Below are positions 50,901 to 63,942 of a DNA stretch of 64,000 nt, one piece after another; the stretch's first letter is position 1; every line of letters starts with the position of its first letter. Under the pieces are notes generated by a model. It did not search any database and was not told the origin of the DNA. It saw only the letters and a program-made list of their open reading frames with translations. The position numbers and the translations under genes are program-made. Source of the DNA: Octopus sinensis (Eukaryota); assembly GCF_006345805.1 (NCBI RefSeq), contig NC_043020.1, positions 2,976,001-3,040,000 of the forward strand, written 5' to 3'.

Positions 50901-53900
50901 ATAATCCTACCACCACCACCACCATCATCACTACCAACAACACCACTGGTATTTCCACCATCACCACTGCTATACCAGTTCACTTGACAGCTCCACACTT
51001 CTCAATACATGATATTGCCATAGTTTCTTCACTTATTGATTATTAGTATCTATCTGTCTATCTACTACTACTACTACAGTGATGCATCTGCTCCCACTAC
51101 CACCACCACTACATTACTTACTACAAGCACCTCCTACCACCAATACCAACACCATGTTACATGTAAGTAGTATTTGCACCCACAAAAACCCACCATCCCC
51201 CACCAACACCACAGTGCATACTAAAAGCACCAGCTCTTACCACTATAATACATAATAGCAATATCTGCCACCACCACCACCACCACCACCATCATAAGCA
51301 CTACTAACCAACAAGGGAACTCAACCAGTTGGTAATAACAGCTAAATCTCCCTCAAATCATCCACCACTACCAACTAAGGAAAGGACACATCAGATAATT
51401 TGGTCCTAGGTTCTCTGCACAAAAGAAAAAAAAAATGGGATTGTCATGGTGGGATGCCTTTAATCTGGGGCTAAACAACAGCACCACCACCACAAGCACC
51501 ACCACAATCACCAGACTCTACCAGTATCCTACATTTTGCTCACACCAACATCAGGACCAACCCAGATGCCATGCACAGACCACACACAGGTTGCAGCAGT
51601 CATGTGCTTTCTTCCTACACATAGTAATAAAACAACCTCATTCATGCACTGGTGCCAGGCAAACAGACAGAGCTGTGAGAGTATTACACAGAATGCTTTG
51701 CAGTGTTTGTTTTGAACAATTGTGCTCTGAGTTCAAATCCTGCCAAGGTCAACCTTACCTTTCATCTTTTCAGGGTCAATTAAAAAGTACCAATCCAGAG
51801 TAGTGGATTGATGGAACTGTCAGAGGGTTGGATGAGATGCATTTGCAGCGTCTGTTCTGATTTGTTCTGACAGCTACCCCTGTGATGTCACTAATGCTGA
51901 GCTGTATTGGCCCAACTCAGTGGCCTTCTCTTTAGAGAGATAACATGGACAACTGCTAGCTTCCTCAAAAACCTTGCCTAGGCCATCATTTGTATGTGCA
52001 GATGTATGACTGACACTGACTGATGGAGGCCCATCTGTAATAAAAGAGTATTGCTGATTAAAAATTTATATGATCTGCTGCTTAGGTCCATAAGTTCAAT
52101 TCATGGCTCAGGAGATACTTTATATCCTTGAACAATGCACTTCATTTCATGTTGCTACAATTAGACACAGCTGAAAATAATTACCCGTGTAACAACCAGG
52201 AGTTAATTTTGCATCAGATTGTCTCTCATTCATCTTGTACTTTTAATCATTTAAACACTATAAAAGCTGAGATAAACTCAAGTCTTACGAGATGTACATG
52301 TTTTTGTGCTCAGGCTGAGACAGTTCGTGCAGGGCTCAAAAGCCTTTATTCACAATGATGCAACCAAGTAAGATTGGCTTCAAATTTTGGCACAAGGTCA
52401 GCAACTTTGTGGGATGGGATAAGTCAACTACATCAATCCCAATTTGTTCGACTACAGCCCTTCAAGGTGGTGCCCCAGTATGGCTGTAGTCAAATGACTG
52501 AAACAAATAAAAAAATAAAAGATATGCAACATATATTAAATTCATGCTTAAGATTTAAACAATTTCTTTTCCAAATTGGAATTAATAGACATCATCAGGG
52601 TCAGTTTTAAATTTGATTCTGGGTAAAATTTTGGCTGAGTGAGAAAGGTACTTCTTTGACTGACTCTTCAAATATTTATTTTGCAGTAGATACTAGTTTA
52701 AGAAACTAAACCAAACTAAAGAAGCCACTGTTTTTTTCCCCCTCTTCTCTTATTTTTCTATCTCTTTTACTATTTTACACTTTCTTGCTTTCTCTCTTTT
52801 TCCAACACTCTTCATTTCTTCTGACATTGATATATATATTCTACAGTAACTTTGTCTATTCACCAGGGATTCATAAACTGTTACAAACTGCCAACAAACC
52901 TCTTTTCCCTCCCTTATCTCTTCTAGATTCCCCAGACTATTTGAACTTTCATCGACCTCAATCACATGAATAAATTAAACACATGTGCATGCACACACAA
53001 TGTTTAACTAATACACATGCTTCATCCTCATCTCTTTTCCTCACACAGACATCCACAAATAATATCAGAATTTATGAGCAGAACCTAACTGGGTAATAGC
53101 ATAAATGAATTTGTTGTATCTCTGGAGGGTCATCACGCCAATAATAAACACATGCACTGGTTCAGTTTAACTTTATAAATTATTTGTCAATTGGTTAACT
53201 AGCCAATTAATTAATCTATCATTTGATTAATCATTCAGTCAATCAGTTGTGTTCGTTAAAGTCCTTCATTGCCATTTGCAACCTCTTCAATGACATCTCA
53301 ACTCACAATTGGTTAGCTATTTAACCACCTAACGAATCAGTTGATTGATTATTATTGGTATAACGACCCTCCCTGCAACAGAATCTGTTTCTCCGAAAGA
53401 GAAGTGTTTTTCAATGATGAAAAACAACATATTAAGTGTGAATGGATAATTTATTAATTAAATTCAGGATTCTATGTTTGGTACAAGGTCAGAAATTTCT
53501 TATAGGGGATGTACTCAATGAATAAATGCACCTCTGCTTTAAATGAAAGCTGACCCCAGAAGTATTTGGATTCAGAAGGTTCATGCAAGCCGTATTATGC
53601 ATAGTGCTCTATGGGTGGTTGTTAATAGAAAGGGAGGACACTATTGCCTCTCAATCTGAGGTGGGATTAGAAACTTGAATTTGAAATCAAAGTATATGAA
53701 AATAATCAAAGTTCACATCTACAAATAATATCACAACTGAAGTGGTAAAACCAAATCCTGCATGGAATCTTGTCAGTTAATGCTACCAATTCTGCCACTG
53801 AACAGTCTATAAGAATTAAATTGAAGAATATCTTAACATAAACACAAGGTCCCAGATTTTAAAAGAGAACCATAAACTGGTACCAAAGGAGAATGAAAGG

Positions 53901-54303
53901 CAAGGTTGTACTAAACATGGATTTTACTGAACATGGCTGACAAAGTTGGGTCGCTGTAATCAAGTTTATTTTAAGAGGCAGTGCCCCAGCATGGTCACAA
54001 GCCGAACAAGGGAACATGTAAAAGAAACAATAGAATTTAGATATGTGTGTCATGTGTGTGTGTGTTTATATATATATATTATCGTGGCACTTAAAAAGCA
54101 TCCACTACACTCATGGAGTGGTTGGCGTTAGGAAGGGCATCCAGCTGTAGAAACTCTGCCAGATCTGACTGGAGCCTGGTGCGGCCGTCTGGTTCGCCAG
54201 CTCTCAGTCAAAATCATCCAACCCATGCTAGCATGGAAGGCAGATGTTAGACGACGATGATGATGATATGTCTGGAGAGAGACATTCTCTCTTAGTGCCT
54301 TAC

Positions 54304-54475
54304 TACTTAACACACCAGTTTGATTTCCATGCATTTACTTTTTTTTCCCTAAAATTTTGGTTGCATCTTGCAACCTCTTCAGTGACTCCTGAATAGGTTG
54401 CAAGATGCAATGAAAATTTTAGAAAAAAGTAAATAAGTAAATGAGTGGAAATCGAACTGGTGGGTGTGTTAAGTA
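54304..54475. repeat. Imperfect inverted repeat with two divergent degenerate hammerheads
   Basis: Minus copy: CTGAAGA-GGTTGCA aga TGCAACC-AAAATTTT-A-GGGAAA (G of GAAA lost). Plus copy: CTGAATA-GGTTGCAAGATGCAAT-GAAA-ATTT-TA. Flanks are mutually inverted. Confidence 0.65.
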
Positions 54476-55144
54476 ATTAGGCACTAAAAAGGAATGACTC
54501 TCCCCAGACACAGTAAAACTTGCTTCCCCTTTGGCCACTTTCTCTCTCCTCTTGTTTTTCCTCTTCTAGGTAACCAAATATCACCTTTACATCAGCACAC
54601 CTGTCTCTGGCCTCTTTCTGCCCTCTCTCTCACTAGGTAACCATGTACTTCCTCTATAGCTAGACACCTATTTCTACCTTTCTATTTCTCTGTTACACTC
54701 TAACCTTTCATCGTTTGATACTGGATTACCTCCTCTAATGATCCCTCTGTTGTGGCAAGACACCTGCTCTGTCCCTTTGTCACCCTCTAACCTTTCATCC
54801 TCTGACACAAGTTCCCCTCCTCAAATGCCCCTGCCCCTCTCATAATCCCTTGTCTTGTGAGTTACTTGTTTACCCTGCCAGTGCTGGTGCCATGTTAAAG
54901 GCATCCAGTCCACACTGTGAAGTGGTTGGCATCTGGAAGGGCATCCAGCTGTAAAATTCATGCCAAAACTAACTTCGCCTGCGCTAGTGCCATGTAAGAA
55001 GCACTGAGTTCACTCTGCAAAGTGGTTGGTGTTAGGAAGGGCATCTTCTTGTAAAATCCCTGCCAATACAGACACAGTAGCTCCTATCAACCACCCTACC
55101 CATGCATGCATGCATGGAAGATGAACATTAAACAATGATAATGA

Positions 55145-55196
<52 letters not shown>

Positions 55197-55207
55197 GTGT
55201 ATATGTT

Positions 55208-55242
<35 letters not shown>

Positions 55243-58200
55243 TCATATGTGGTGTGTGTGTGCACGTTAGACAACACTTCCTAGGGCTACATGCCCCATT
55301 CTGATGTCAACTGTTATTTTTCAAATAAGGCATCAGGTATTTTATTTTCCGTTTGTATATTGAACCAATGAACTCCTGGACATTTTGCTTTGCAAGGCAT
55401 AAAAAAATGTCCCCACCGTAGAAAAGGTGTCAAACACAGACACACACACACACACAAGGGATTTTCATACAGTTTCTACCTACCAAATTTTACTCACAGT
55501 ACTTGATCAACCTGCGACCGTAGTAGAGTGCCATACTGTAGTATTGAACCCAAACACATATCGCTGCAAAGCAAACTTATTAATTTACGTCTGCATACAC
55601 ACACATTCTAGAAATTATTAAAAAGTCTAATTAAATTCCAAATTTTAATTGCCATGTGATATTTAATCAAAATAGAAAACATTAATATTCTTATTGGAAA
55701 TGTTAGATTCGATGTTCAATTTGGACTGTTATGATATATTTAAACAAAACATTATCAAAATTTTCATTAAACTGTTTAATTAAACATTCAAATCTATCTG
55801 CTACTGCTACAACCAAGATAATTAAAAGTGTATTCTGAAGGACAAATATTTATTCGTCCACATGCAGTCAATCACAAGTATCCATCAATGGGACATAAGC
55901 CCCCAATTATTTCAAGTGGGATGAGTGATATAGAATGGTTATGCTCATACTGTTCCAAAATGGCACCAGGAGTAGAAGGAGAGGGACTTAAGCTACCACC
56001 AGGAATCAAACCTTTTATCTTTCATAAGGTTCATTTAGAACAAGGATAATGCCCATAACCCTTTACAAGGCCTCCTGGGGTATTATCATCATGAAAGATC
56101 AAGTATGGCATAGGTATATGCATAGCTGTGTGGTTAAGGAGTTTGTTTCCCAACCACATGGTTTCAGGTACAGTTCCGCAGCATGGCACCCTGGGTAAGT
56201 GCATTCTACTATAGCCCCAGGCTAATCAAAGCCTTGTGAGTAGATTTGGTAGACGGAAACTGAAAGGAGCCTATCGTGTATGCATGTATGTGTATGTATT
56301 TATGACTGTCTTGACATCACACGATTGTTGTAAACGAATGTCATCCCTTTCCAATATTGTGGAAACATGTCTGAACATAGAGAAATATTACCTAGCTTGG
56401 AAATAAGTAAAGGTTGGCAACAGGAAAGGTATCTGACCAAAGAAAATTTGCCTCAATAAACTCTGATCCATGCAAGTGTGGATGTAAAAATGATGATGAT
56501 AATGATGATAATTTTTGTGTCTGCTTTCCGACAGACATGGGTTGGATAACTTGTAACATTCTGAGTCAGTTCCTGTTTGAAGTTACTAAACTCTAAGTTG
56601 AGTTGATAGACTATATCTCACTGGTAGATTCTAATTTTAGCATGGTTTCTACAGCTTCACAATACCGTTTTATACAGTTCTGGATGAATTTTATTGCAGC
56701 ACCAGAACTAGAAAGTTTAACTCCTCCTCAACAGGATTTCAGAGTCATCATGACTCTAGGTTCACTCTGCTCATTTGCCAAGCACTTTACAGAGTGTAGT
56801 AGGTCCATTTTATCATGTATTGGTAGTAGTAAGGGTTGAGTTGTGCCTCACAAGGCTAAAGAATCCTGGCCACTTTACAGTATCTCTGCTCAAGGCAATA
56901 TGGCAAAAAGAGTGATAAGGAGAGAGACTGAAGACAGAATAGAGAAACAGAGACCCAGCCTGACTGCTTTCAACAGAGTGAAATGTAATAAAAAGCACTT
57001 CAAGACTAGGCAGTGGTGTTAAACTAAGTCACATAATAAGTCTACAACCCAAGAATAGGACTGGCAGTCCTTCTAATGGGCTGCCACAGATTTTGTCTAC
57101 CAAATTCCACTCAGATGCATTGGTCATGTCAAGGCTATAGCAGAAGACATTCGTTCAAAGTGCTGCACAGTGAGATCAAATACAAACCCCACTAACTGGA
57201 AACTTCTTAACCAATCAGTTATAATCATGACATTTATGGCTTTCCTTAGAGAACTGGAAAATTAATGATTAATGTTCTGTGACTACAACAGGAATCAAAC
57301 TTTGGTTTACTGAGAGCAACTCCAGTAAATAAGTACAACTATGTATTTCACAAATGTGAAACCTCAGACCTATATTAGAAACAATTAAAGTGGGGGGGGG
57401 GGGGTATTAGATTGGTGGAATTGCAAGAGACTCAGATAATGTACTTTACAATATTTAACTGCAGCATCTTACGTTCTAAGTTCAATCCTGCTGTAGTTCA
57501 ACTTTTTTTAAAATTTCTTTATTGCCCACAAGGGGCTAAACATAGAGGGGACAAACAAGGACAAAGGGATTAAGTCAATTATATCGACCCCAGTGCATAA
57601 CTGGTACTTATTTAATCGACCCCGAAAGGATGAAAGGCAAATTCGACCTTGGCGGAATTTGAACTCAGCTTGACTAGACCTGATGAGCCGAGGTTATAAA
57701 AAGCTGCACCTTGTATACATTGTAAAGTGGCTGACATTAGGAAGGACAATTGGTCATAGAAACCATGCCAAAGTTGGCACTGGAGCTCAGTGCAACCCGG
57801 CAGCTTGCCAGATTCTGTTAAATCATTCAGTCCATAACAACATGAAAAATAAACTTAAATGATGATGATGATGATATATATATATATATATATATATATA
57901 AGGCAACAAACTGGGGGAGTTATTAGGGCATCAGATAGAATGCCTTACAGTATTTCTTTTGGATTACTTAATCATGAGTTCAAATGGCACCAAGGTCAAC
58001 TTTGCTTTTCATCCTTTCAGCATTAACAGATAAAATAGCAGCTTGGCACTGGAATTTATTCTTCTTCCCCCACCTCCCTCTCTGGAAGAAATACGCTGTG
58101 TCCAGACCTAGGCAAAGATGGGCTCTACCAGGTTTAAAAATGCCTAAGACATGCTGAATGTCATGATTGTGCCCCTACAACTCCATCAAGGAGAGGGTCC

Positions 58201-58944
58201 AAGGAACAATATAAAAAGCACTTATTCAAAGTGACACAACCAGCTTTAAATGATTTATGAATAATGAGCAGCTCCACCATTTCTCCAAAAATTTACTTAA
58301 AACTCATTTCATTAATTTTTATAACCGATTCCATATGATATAACCTGAAACCTGGAAGTAGGACATATGCAGTCATGAACAGAAAAAGAAAACCCCTTTA
58401 AAAAAACTTTACTCTCTCTCATATATCTGAACAGTGTAATTTAATTTAGAGTAAAACCAAGAGTGATGCATCATGGGAACTAATATAGTGTGACTTCATT
58501 TTACATAAGTTAATATTTGTGTCAACAAATCAGCTGCATTGTTAACACAATGAAATAATAAATCAAAATTTTGTGGTATTGGTGAAATTATGATTGCAAA
58601 AACAGAGACTGAGCAACATTTGAATTGGGGTGGGGGTGGGGGAGAAGGCATGGGGGAGAGGGAAAGAGGAGTGGGTTTGCATGTGTTTGGAAGAGATAGA
58701 GATATAGCTAAAGCAAGAGAGAGGAGGAGAGAGAACTGAGCTTGCATGTGTTAGAGAGGGGGAGAGAGAGAGAGAGAGGTGATTAACAATTTATATTGAA
58801 TGCAAGCAATACAACAAAGTACTTTTCCATCTGTGAATGTAGTAGTGGTGGTGGTGGTGGTAACAGTAGCAGCTATCATGGGGAATAATGCTGGTGGTTT
58901 TAGTATTAAGAAGAGCAACAGACTCAGAGTAGTAGCAGTAGTAA

Positions 58945-58976
<32 letters not shown>

Positions 58977-59355
58977 ACAGTAGCATTCCTATCAGCATTT
59001 GCAGCAAGACAAGAAGTCAAGAAATTTGTTTAAAAAAAAAAAGAAGGAAAACCTGATGGAAGTCCTAAACTATATCAAAATGAAATAGAAAACTGTTGGA
59101 AGTGACTAAATAGTTGCCAGCAATGTTGCAAATGTTGTTTTGTCCCAAATTGGCCATCAAGCAAGTGTTTGACTAAAGGCACTACTCCAGACATGACCAC
59201 CTGATCTTACCCCCCACTCCACCCTTATTATCTGGACGTAGGCATAGCTGGGTGGTCAACAGATCCACTCTGTAATCACACAGTTTCAGGATGGTTCAAT
59301 TGTGTGGAATCTTGGGCAAACATCTGGGACTGAATAACAGCTACTAGAACTTTAA

Positions 59356-59576
59356 CCCTTTTGTATTCACGTGATTCTGTCAAAAGTAATACTTATTTAT
59401 TGATATTGTTTTAAATTAACCCTGCATTATCTTGTAGCTTTGAGATTTTGATGAAGTAACTATTCATTTTTAGAATTATATAGTAGGGCTGGTGTGAGAG
59501 GCCAGATATGGCCAATTTGAACATAAAACAAGGGGGAATATTTTGACCGGATATGGCCGGTTTAAATGCTAAAGGG
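59356..59576. mobile_element. piggyBac-type MITE, second family (221 bp)
   Basis: TTAA|CCCTTTTGTATT ... AATGCTAAAGGG|TTAA; internal sequence similar to 23965-24184. Confidence 0.85.
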
Positions 59577-59974
59577 TTAAAAAAAAGTGATGGTGTGCCA
59601 TAAGATTTTGGTACTTTATTCAGTGCACCATAAGCTGAAGAAGGATGAAAATTATTGCTCTACACAGTTACTCAGCCTCTTACAATCTGAAACTAAATCC
59701 CAGACACTATGGCAAAGATAATACTTAGATAAAATGTACCCAGTACAATCTGTAAAATAGGTGGTGTTGGGATGGGCATCCAACTGTAGAAACTATGCCA
59801 AAAACTAAAACATGCCAATGAAATATGGTCTTCTGAGGTGTGAAGGAGGACAGAAGCTTCAAATTAGACTTGTTCAACTCATGTCAACAAAGAAAGCAAA
59901 CAAAAATGATGTTACCAGCTGAAATACTTTTGATTTTAGGTCTATATGAAAAAGGTTGACGTAAGGTTAAATGA

Positions 59975-60070
59975 TAATGGTACCATCTAGTGTTCTCAGG
60001 GATCTGCTATTGAAACCGTCAATCTTCTTTGCCAGGGTGTTCAAGAGGGGCCATGTTTCTGCTCTATTAA
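59975..60070 (-). mobile_element. RTE post-RT fragment
   Basis: AETWPLLNTLAKKIDGFNSRSLR resembles Y.AETW.L.....KI.GF..R.LR. Confidence 0.6.
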
Positions 60071-62473
60071 CTTGGAATGACCACAGCCCCATCAAGCAAG
60101 AGCAGGAAGCAAAATGAGAAGAATGATTAAACAGCAACATCATCCCTTCCATTTTAATGATGATCAACCACCAGAACCAACAACATTAAAATCATTTCTA
60201 ACATAGGCACAAGGTTAGAAATTCTAGGAAGAAGGGTCAGTTGATTAAATCAACTCTAGTATTTAGGCTATTTTATTTTATCAATCCTGGCAGGATGAAA
60301 GGCAAAGTTGACTTCAGAATGATTTGAAACTGGAAGGTAAGGAACCATAACTAAACCATGCAAGCTTTTTGTCTGATGTTCTGATGACTCTGCTAATCAA
60401 CTGCCCTTGTATCTCCAAATGCTACAACAGCAACAAGAGAACATATTTCAAAGACTGTAAAATACTACTTTTCACATCAACAACAACAACAGCAGCACAA
60501 GTAATAATGTAGTAAGTAATAATCTCTTTTATTGGAAATGACATTAACTAAACAGAAGATTCCAAAGTTGGCTGATTGGTTGATAATGTTTCTGGTGTAA
60601 TATAGTTACTACATTGGTAGCAATCGTCGAGAGAGAGAGAGACAGACAGAGAGACTGAAAGACAAAGGAGTCCACGAGATTCGGCAGATCTGAACAAAAG
60701 CATTGACTAACAAACTTCCTTTGGTGTTTTGCATGCTTCATTCATACAGAACCGGATGTGAAACTGACAATGGTGGCGTTAGTTAAATGATGATGAGATG
60801 GAAGATGGCAATAGTGATCACGAAGATGATGATGATGGTGGTGGTGGTGGTGAGGGTGATCACAAAGATGATAATAAGAAGGATGATCATAGCAATGACG
60901 ATGACTATGAAGATGATTATGATGATGAAAAGGATGACGATAGTATTGATCACCATCATTTCTCTCAACCTTCTTTCTCTCTCTCTCTCTCCAAATTATT
61001 TCCACATCATCAGTCCTATTGTTCTCATCTTATCCACCCTTCAACCCCAACATAAGACATTCTCTCATCTATCTTTGCTCTTTTCTTCCTTCACTCCTCA
61101 TCTGCCTCCTCTTCTCTACTTTACTTATTCTCCAATTATTTCTATTAACCTCTTTCTTTCATTCTCTCTTTAATATTTCTGTTAGCATCTTTCATTGATT
61201 TCCTCTCTCTCTTTCTCTTTTCATCACCCTTCTCTTCAATCTCACTTTTCATTTTCCTTCTCCCTATATCCCCCACCCCCCGTGTTTACTCTCCTCAGCC
61301 TCTTTCTCTCTCTCTCTCTCTCTCCTCCTCTGTTTCTTTACAGAATAATCCAACCCTTCACTCAGACCAACATAGCTAGCAGTCACATACTAATAAACAT
61401 GGTTGGTTAGATAAGAAAGCAATGAGGGGAAAGAAAATAGGGTAATTTATTCGTTAGAAATAACAGCCAAATCTCCCTCAAATCACAACAAAAAGGATAC
61501 ATTAGATAATGTAATTCTAAACAACTCAAAGAAATTCAAGCTGGCCATGAATGGAATATCTTTGATCAACACTCTGCTCAAGCAGGGCTAATCTAGAGTT
61601 TAACAGCAATAGCAATCACTGTTATAAGGTCAAGCCTGTTACATAACTAATTCTTGCTCAAACTGAATGCCTCACATATAAATGAATAAATTACAATTAA
61701 TAAATAAATTGAAATGCCAATCTCTAATTGTGGAGGAAGCATGTGGAAGAGGTAGACCAAGGAAGATGTGGAATGAAGCTGTGAGAAAGGATCTTCAGAG
61801 GGGATAACAAGGAACTGAAGCTTTTGGTAGTTTACCCTGCTTGAGAAAACATACTGAGTTCAGTAAAATCGTGGTTGTCCTTGCATAAAGGTATGTCTTC
61901 AACATCCCTCTTTAGCTGAGTGATCCTCATCTTGCCAGCTCAAGGGTGCTGGTGCCAAGTAAAAAGCACTTGTGCCAGTGCGACATAAAAGTGCCCATGT
62001 GAGTGCTGTGTAAAAAAAAAACCCCAGCTCACTCTGTAAAGTGGTTGGTGTTAAAAGGGTATCTGCCATAGAAACCATGCCAAAACAAACGTGGAGCCTG
62101 GGCAGCTCCTCAGTTGGCCAGCTCCTGTCAAACCATCTGACCCATGCTCACGTGGAAAACAGACATTGAATGATGACGATGATGATGATGATGAAAAATA
62201 ATCACTTGCAAACTTATTTGCACAAGGTTTTTTTTCTGACGAATCTCTCCTCCCCTACAACATATCTTCCAAACATCCTCCTCCCTCCACCTGTGGTCAC
62301 TCTCTACATTCTCCTTCCCCCCCCCTCTATCTCCCACTTTCTTTTGCACATTTACAAACTTACAGGTCCACTCATCCTATCAAGTCCTCTTTACTACTTC
62401 GCTTCGGGAACGTGAAACTGAGTAACAGCTTTTGTTATATTTCTGCTGCTTTTAAATAAAGCTTATATATATA

Positions 62474-62506
<33 letters not shown>

Positions 62507-62858
62507 GGCTACTCGTGAGCGTTTGTCGAAAAGCTTGCTGTACATTTTTGGGTGGAGAATTAAGTTCCTGGATTTTCCTGAAGAGAAGGCTGCAATATGG
62601 ACTCCTTATTCAATCCGAATTAGGGACTTTGCAGCCTTTGAAACATATGTAGAAAATAATAAAAAGGAATTTTGTTAAATCTTCGTTCAGCTCCATTTCT
62701 TCCTACACTAAATATATAAAACTTTCCGCACTAAGGCACAGATTTTTAGGCCCCATGGTCGTAACCTCAACCGTGCTTTTTCTGTTGTGATTTTTGCTAC
62801 CCAGGTATCGGTTATCATTTGAATTATCCGTAATAAGATAATTCATTTATCTACTTCA
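62507..62858 (+). mobile_element. About 350-bp hammerhead-bearing element (Penelope-like terminal repeat or retrozyme-like) inserted in (TA)n
   Basis: Unique sequence bounded on both sides by (TA)n. It contains the hammerhead, an AATAAA right after it, and a TATATAAA at about 62692. Confidence 0.55.
62572..62657 (+). ncRNA. Type-I hammerhead ribozyme motif with long helix II
   Basis: Helix I ATTTTC/GAAAAT; CTGAAGA 62578-84; 11-bp helix II GAAGGCTGCAA/TTGCAGCCTTT around a 33-nt insert; GAAA 62640-43; palindromic helix III ACATATGT; GUA cleavage after 62651. Confidence 0.85.
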
Positions 62859-62890
<32 letters not shown>

Positions 62891-63918
62891 TTAGCCATCA
62901 TAGCTAAAGCTATGCTGGAACACCACCTTAAACACATTCACATACTGGACAGACATGGGTGAACTTAGGCAATGTGAATTCATCCAAGTTACTGACAGTG
63001 CACAATGACTTCACAAATAGTCAGTGCTGTGACTTTATGTCAAAATGAAAAAAAAAAAAGCAAGAAGAATGGACCTCAAATATACCACATAAACAAAATA
63101 TGGAATATTTAATACCAAAAGTTACTTAGCAGGATATCAAGATGCTTCAGTGACTATTGCCTTTACCATCATCAGATTCATATATCAGTGGTTGTTTACA
63201 AAGCAGTCACTTTATACATCAGCAAGAAATAATAATTGCTCTTGAAAGATAGAGTAAAATGCCTTCAGAGTGCTCTACAAGGCAGGATTATAATAAGTTG
63301 GAGTGCTTATGTACATGGCAGAAGCTTACAATCTTATGTTATCTGAAATAGTTCCATCATGGAGAGTGCACAATGCCTGAACAGAAAGTTGGTGCTATGA
63401 CTTTATGCCTAATTGAATTATACCAAGAAGACAGCACCTCAAATATTCCATATAAAGAAACATGTAATATACATACATACATATATATTTCCCTTCTACT
63501 ATGAGCACAAAGCCTGAAATTCAAAGGAAGACAGTGCCAGCTGATTCCATCAACCCCAGTGTTCAAATGGTACTTATTTTATCAATTCAAAAAGAATAAA
63601 CGGTGAAGTCGACTTCAGTGGAATTTGACTACAGAAGGAAAAGCATGAAGAAATGATGCCAGGCATCTTGTCCAGTGGGCCAACGATTCTGCCAGCTCAC
63701 CGCTCTATATATATAAAACATACATTAATGTTTATATATAACTTTCAGAAAGAAACCCTTTGTTTCCATAGGAACTCAAATTTCCTCAAACCCAAGAGAC
63801 TGTATATAAATAATTAACCTGATACACAATCAAGTCACGCCAAAGTGCAAGATACAGTAAATGACTTGAGAAGCAGCTGAGGGGAAAACGTGTTTACAGC
63901 TGGATCCATTTTGCTTAC

Positions 63919-63942
63919 CGAAATCACTCAAGTGTGCAATAA
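63919..63942 (-). CDS. Candidate 24-nt symmetric (phase 1-1) microexon of an unidentified gene
   Basis: Minus strand: ttaat-tctccttccacAG|TTATTGCACACTTGAGTGATTTCG|GTaagc. Branch-like TTAAT, pyrimidine tract and strong donor. Only one frame is open (xIAHLSDFx). Confidence 0.35.

Noticed and set aside
55828-56049. 73-aa ORF in non-repetitive sequence
   Set aside because: No recognisable homology or splice context, and not mitochondrial in the frames I tried; the length is within chance.
57680-57700. CTGATGAGCCGAGG resembling a Penelope hammerhead start
   Set aside because: No GAAA or helix III follows.
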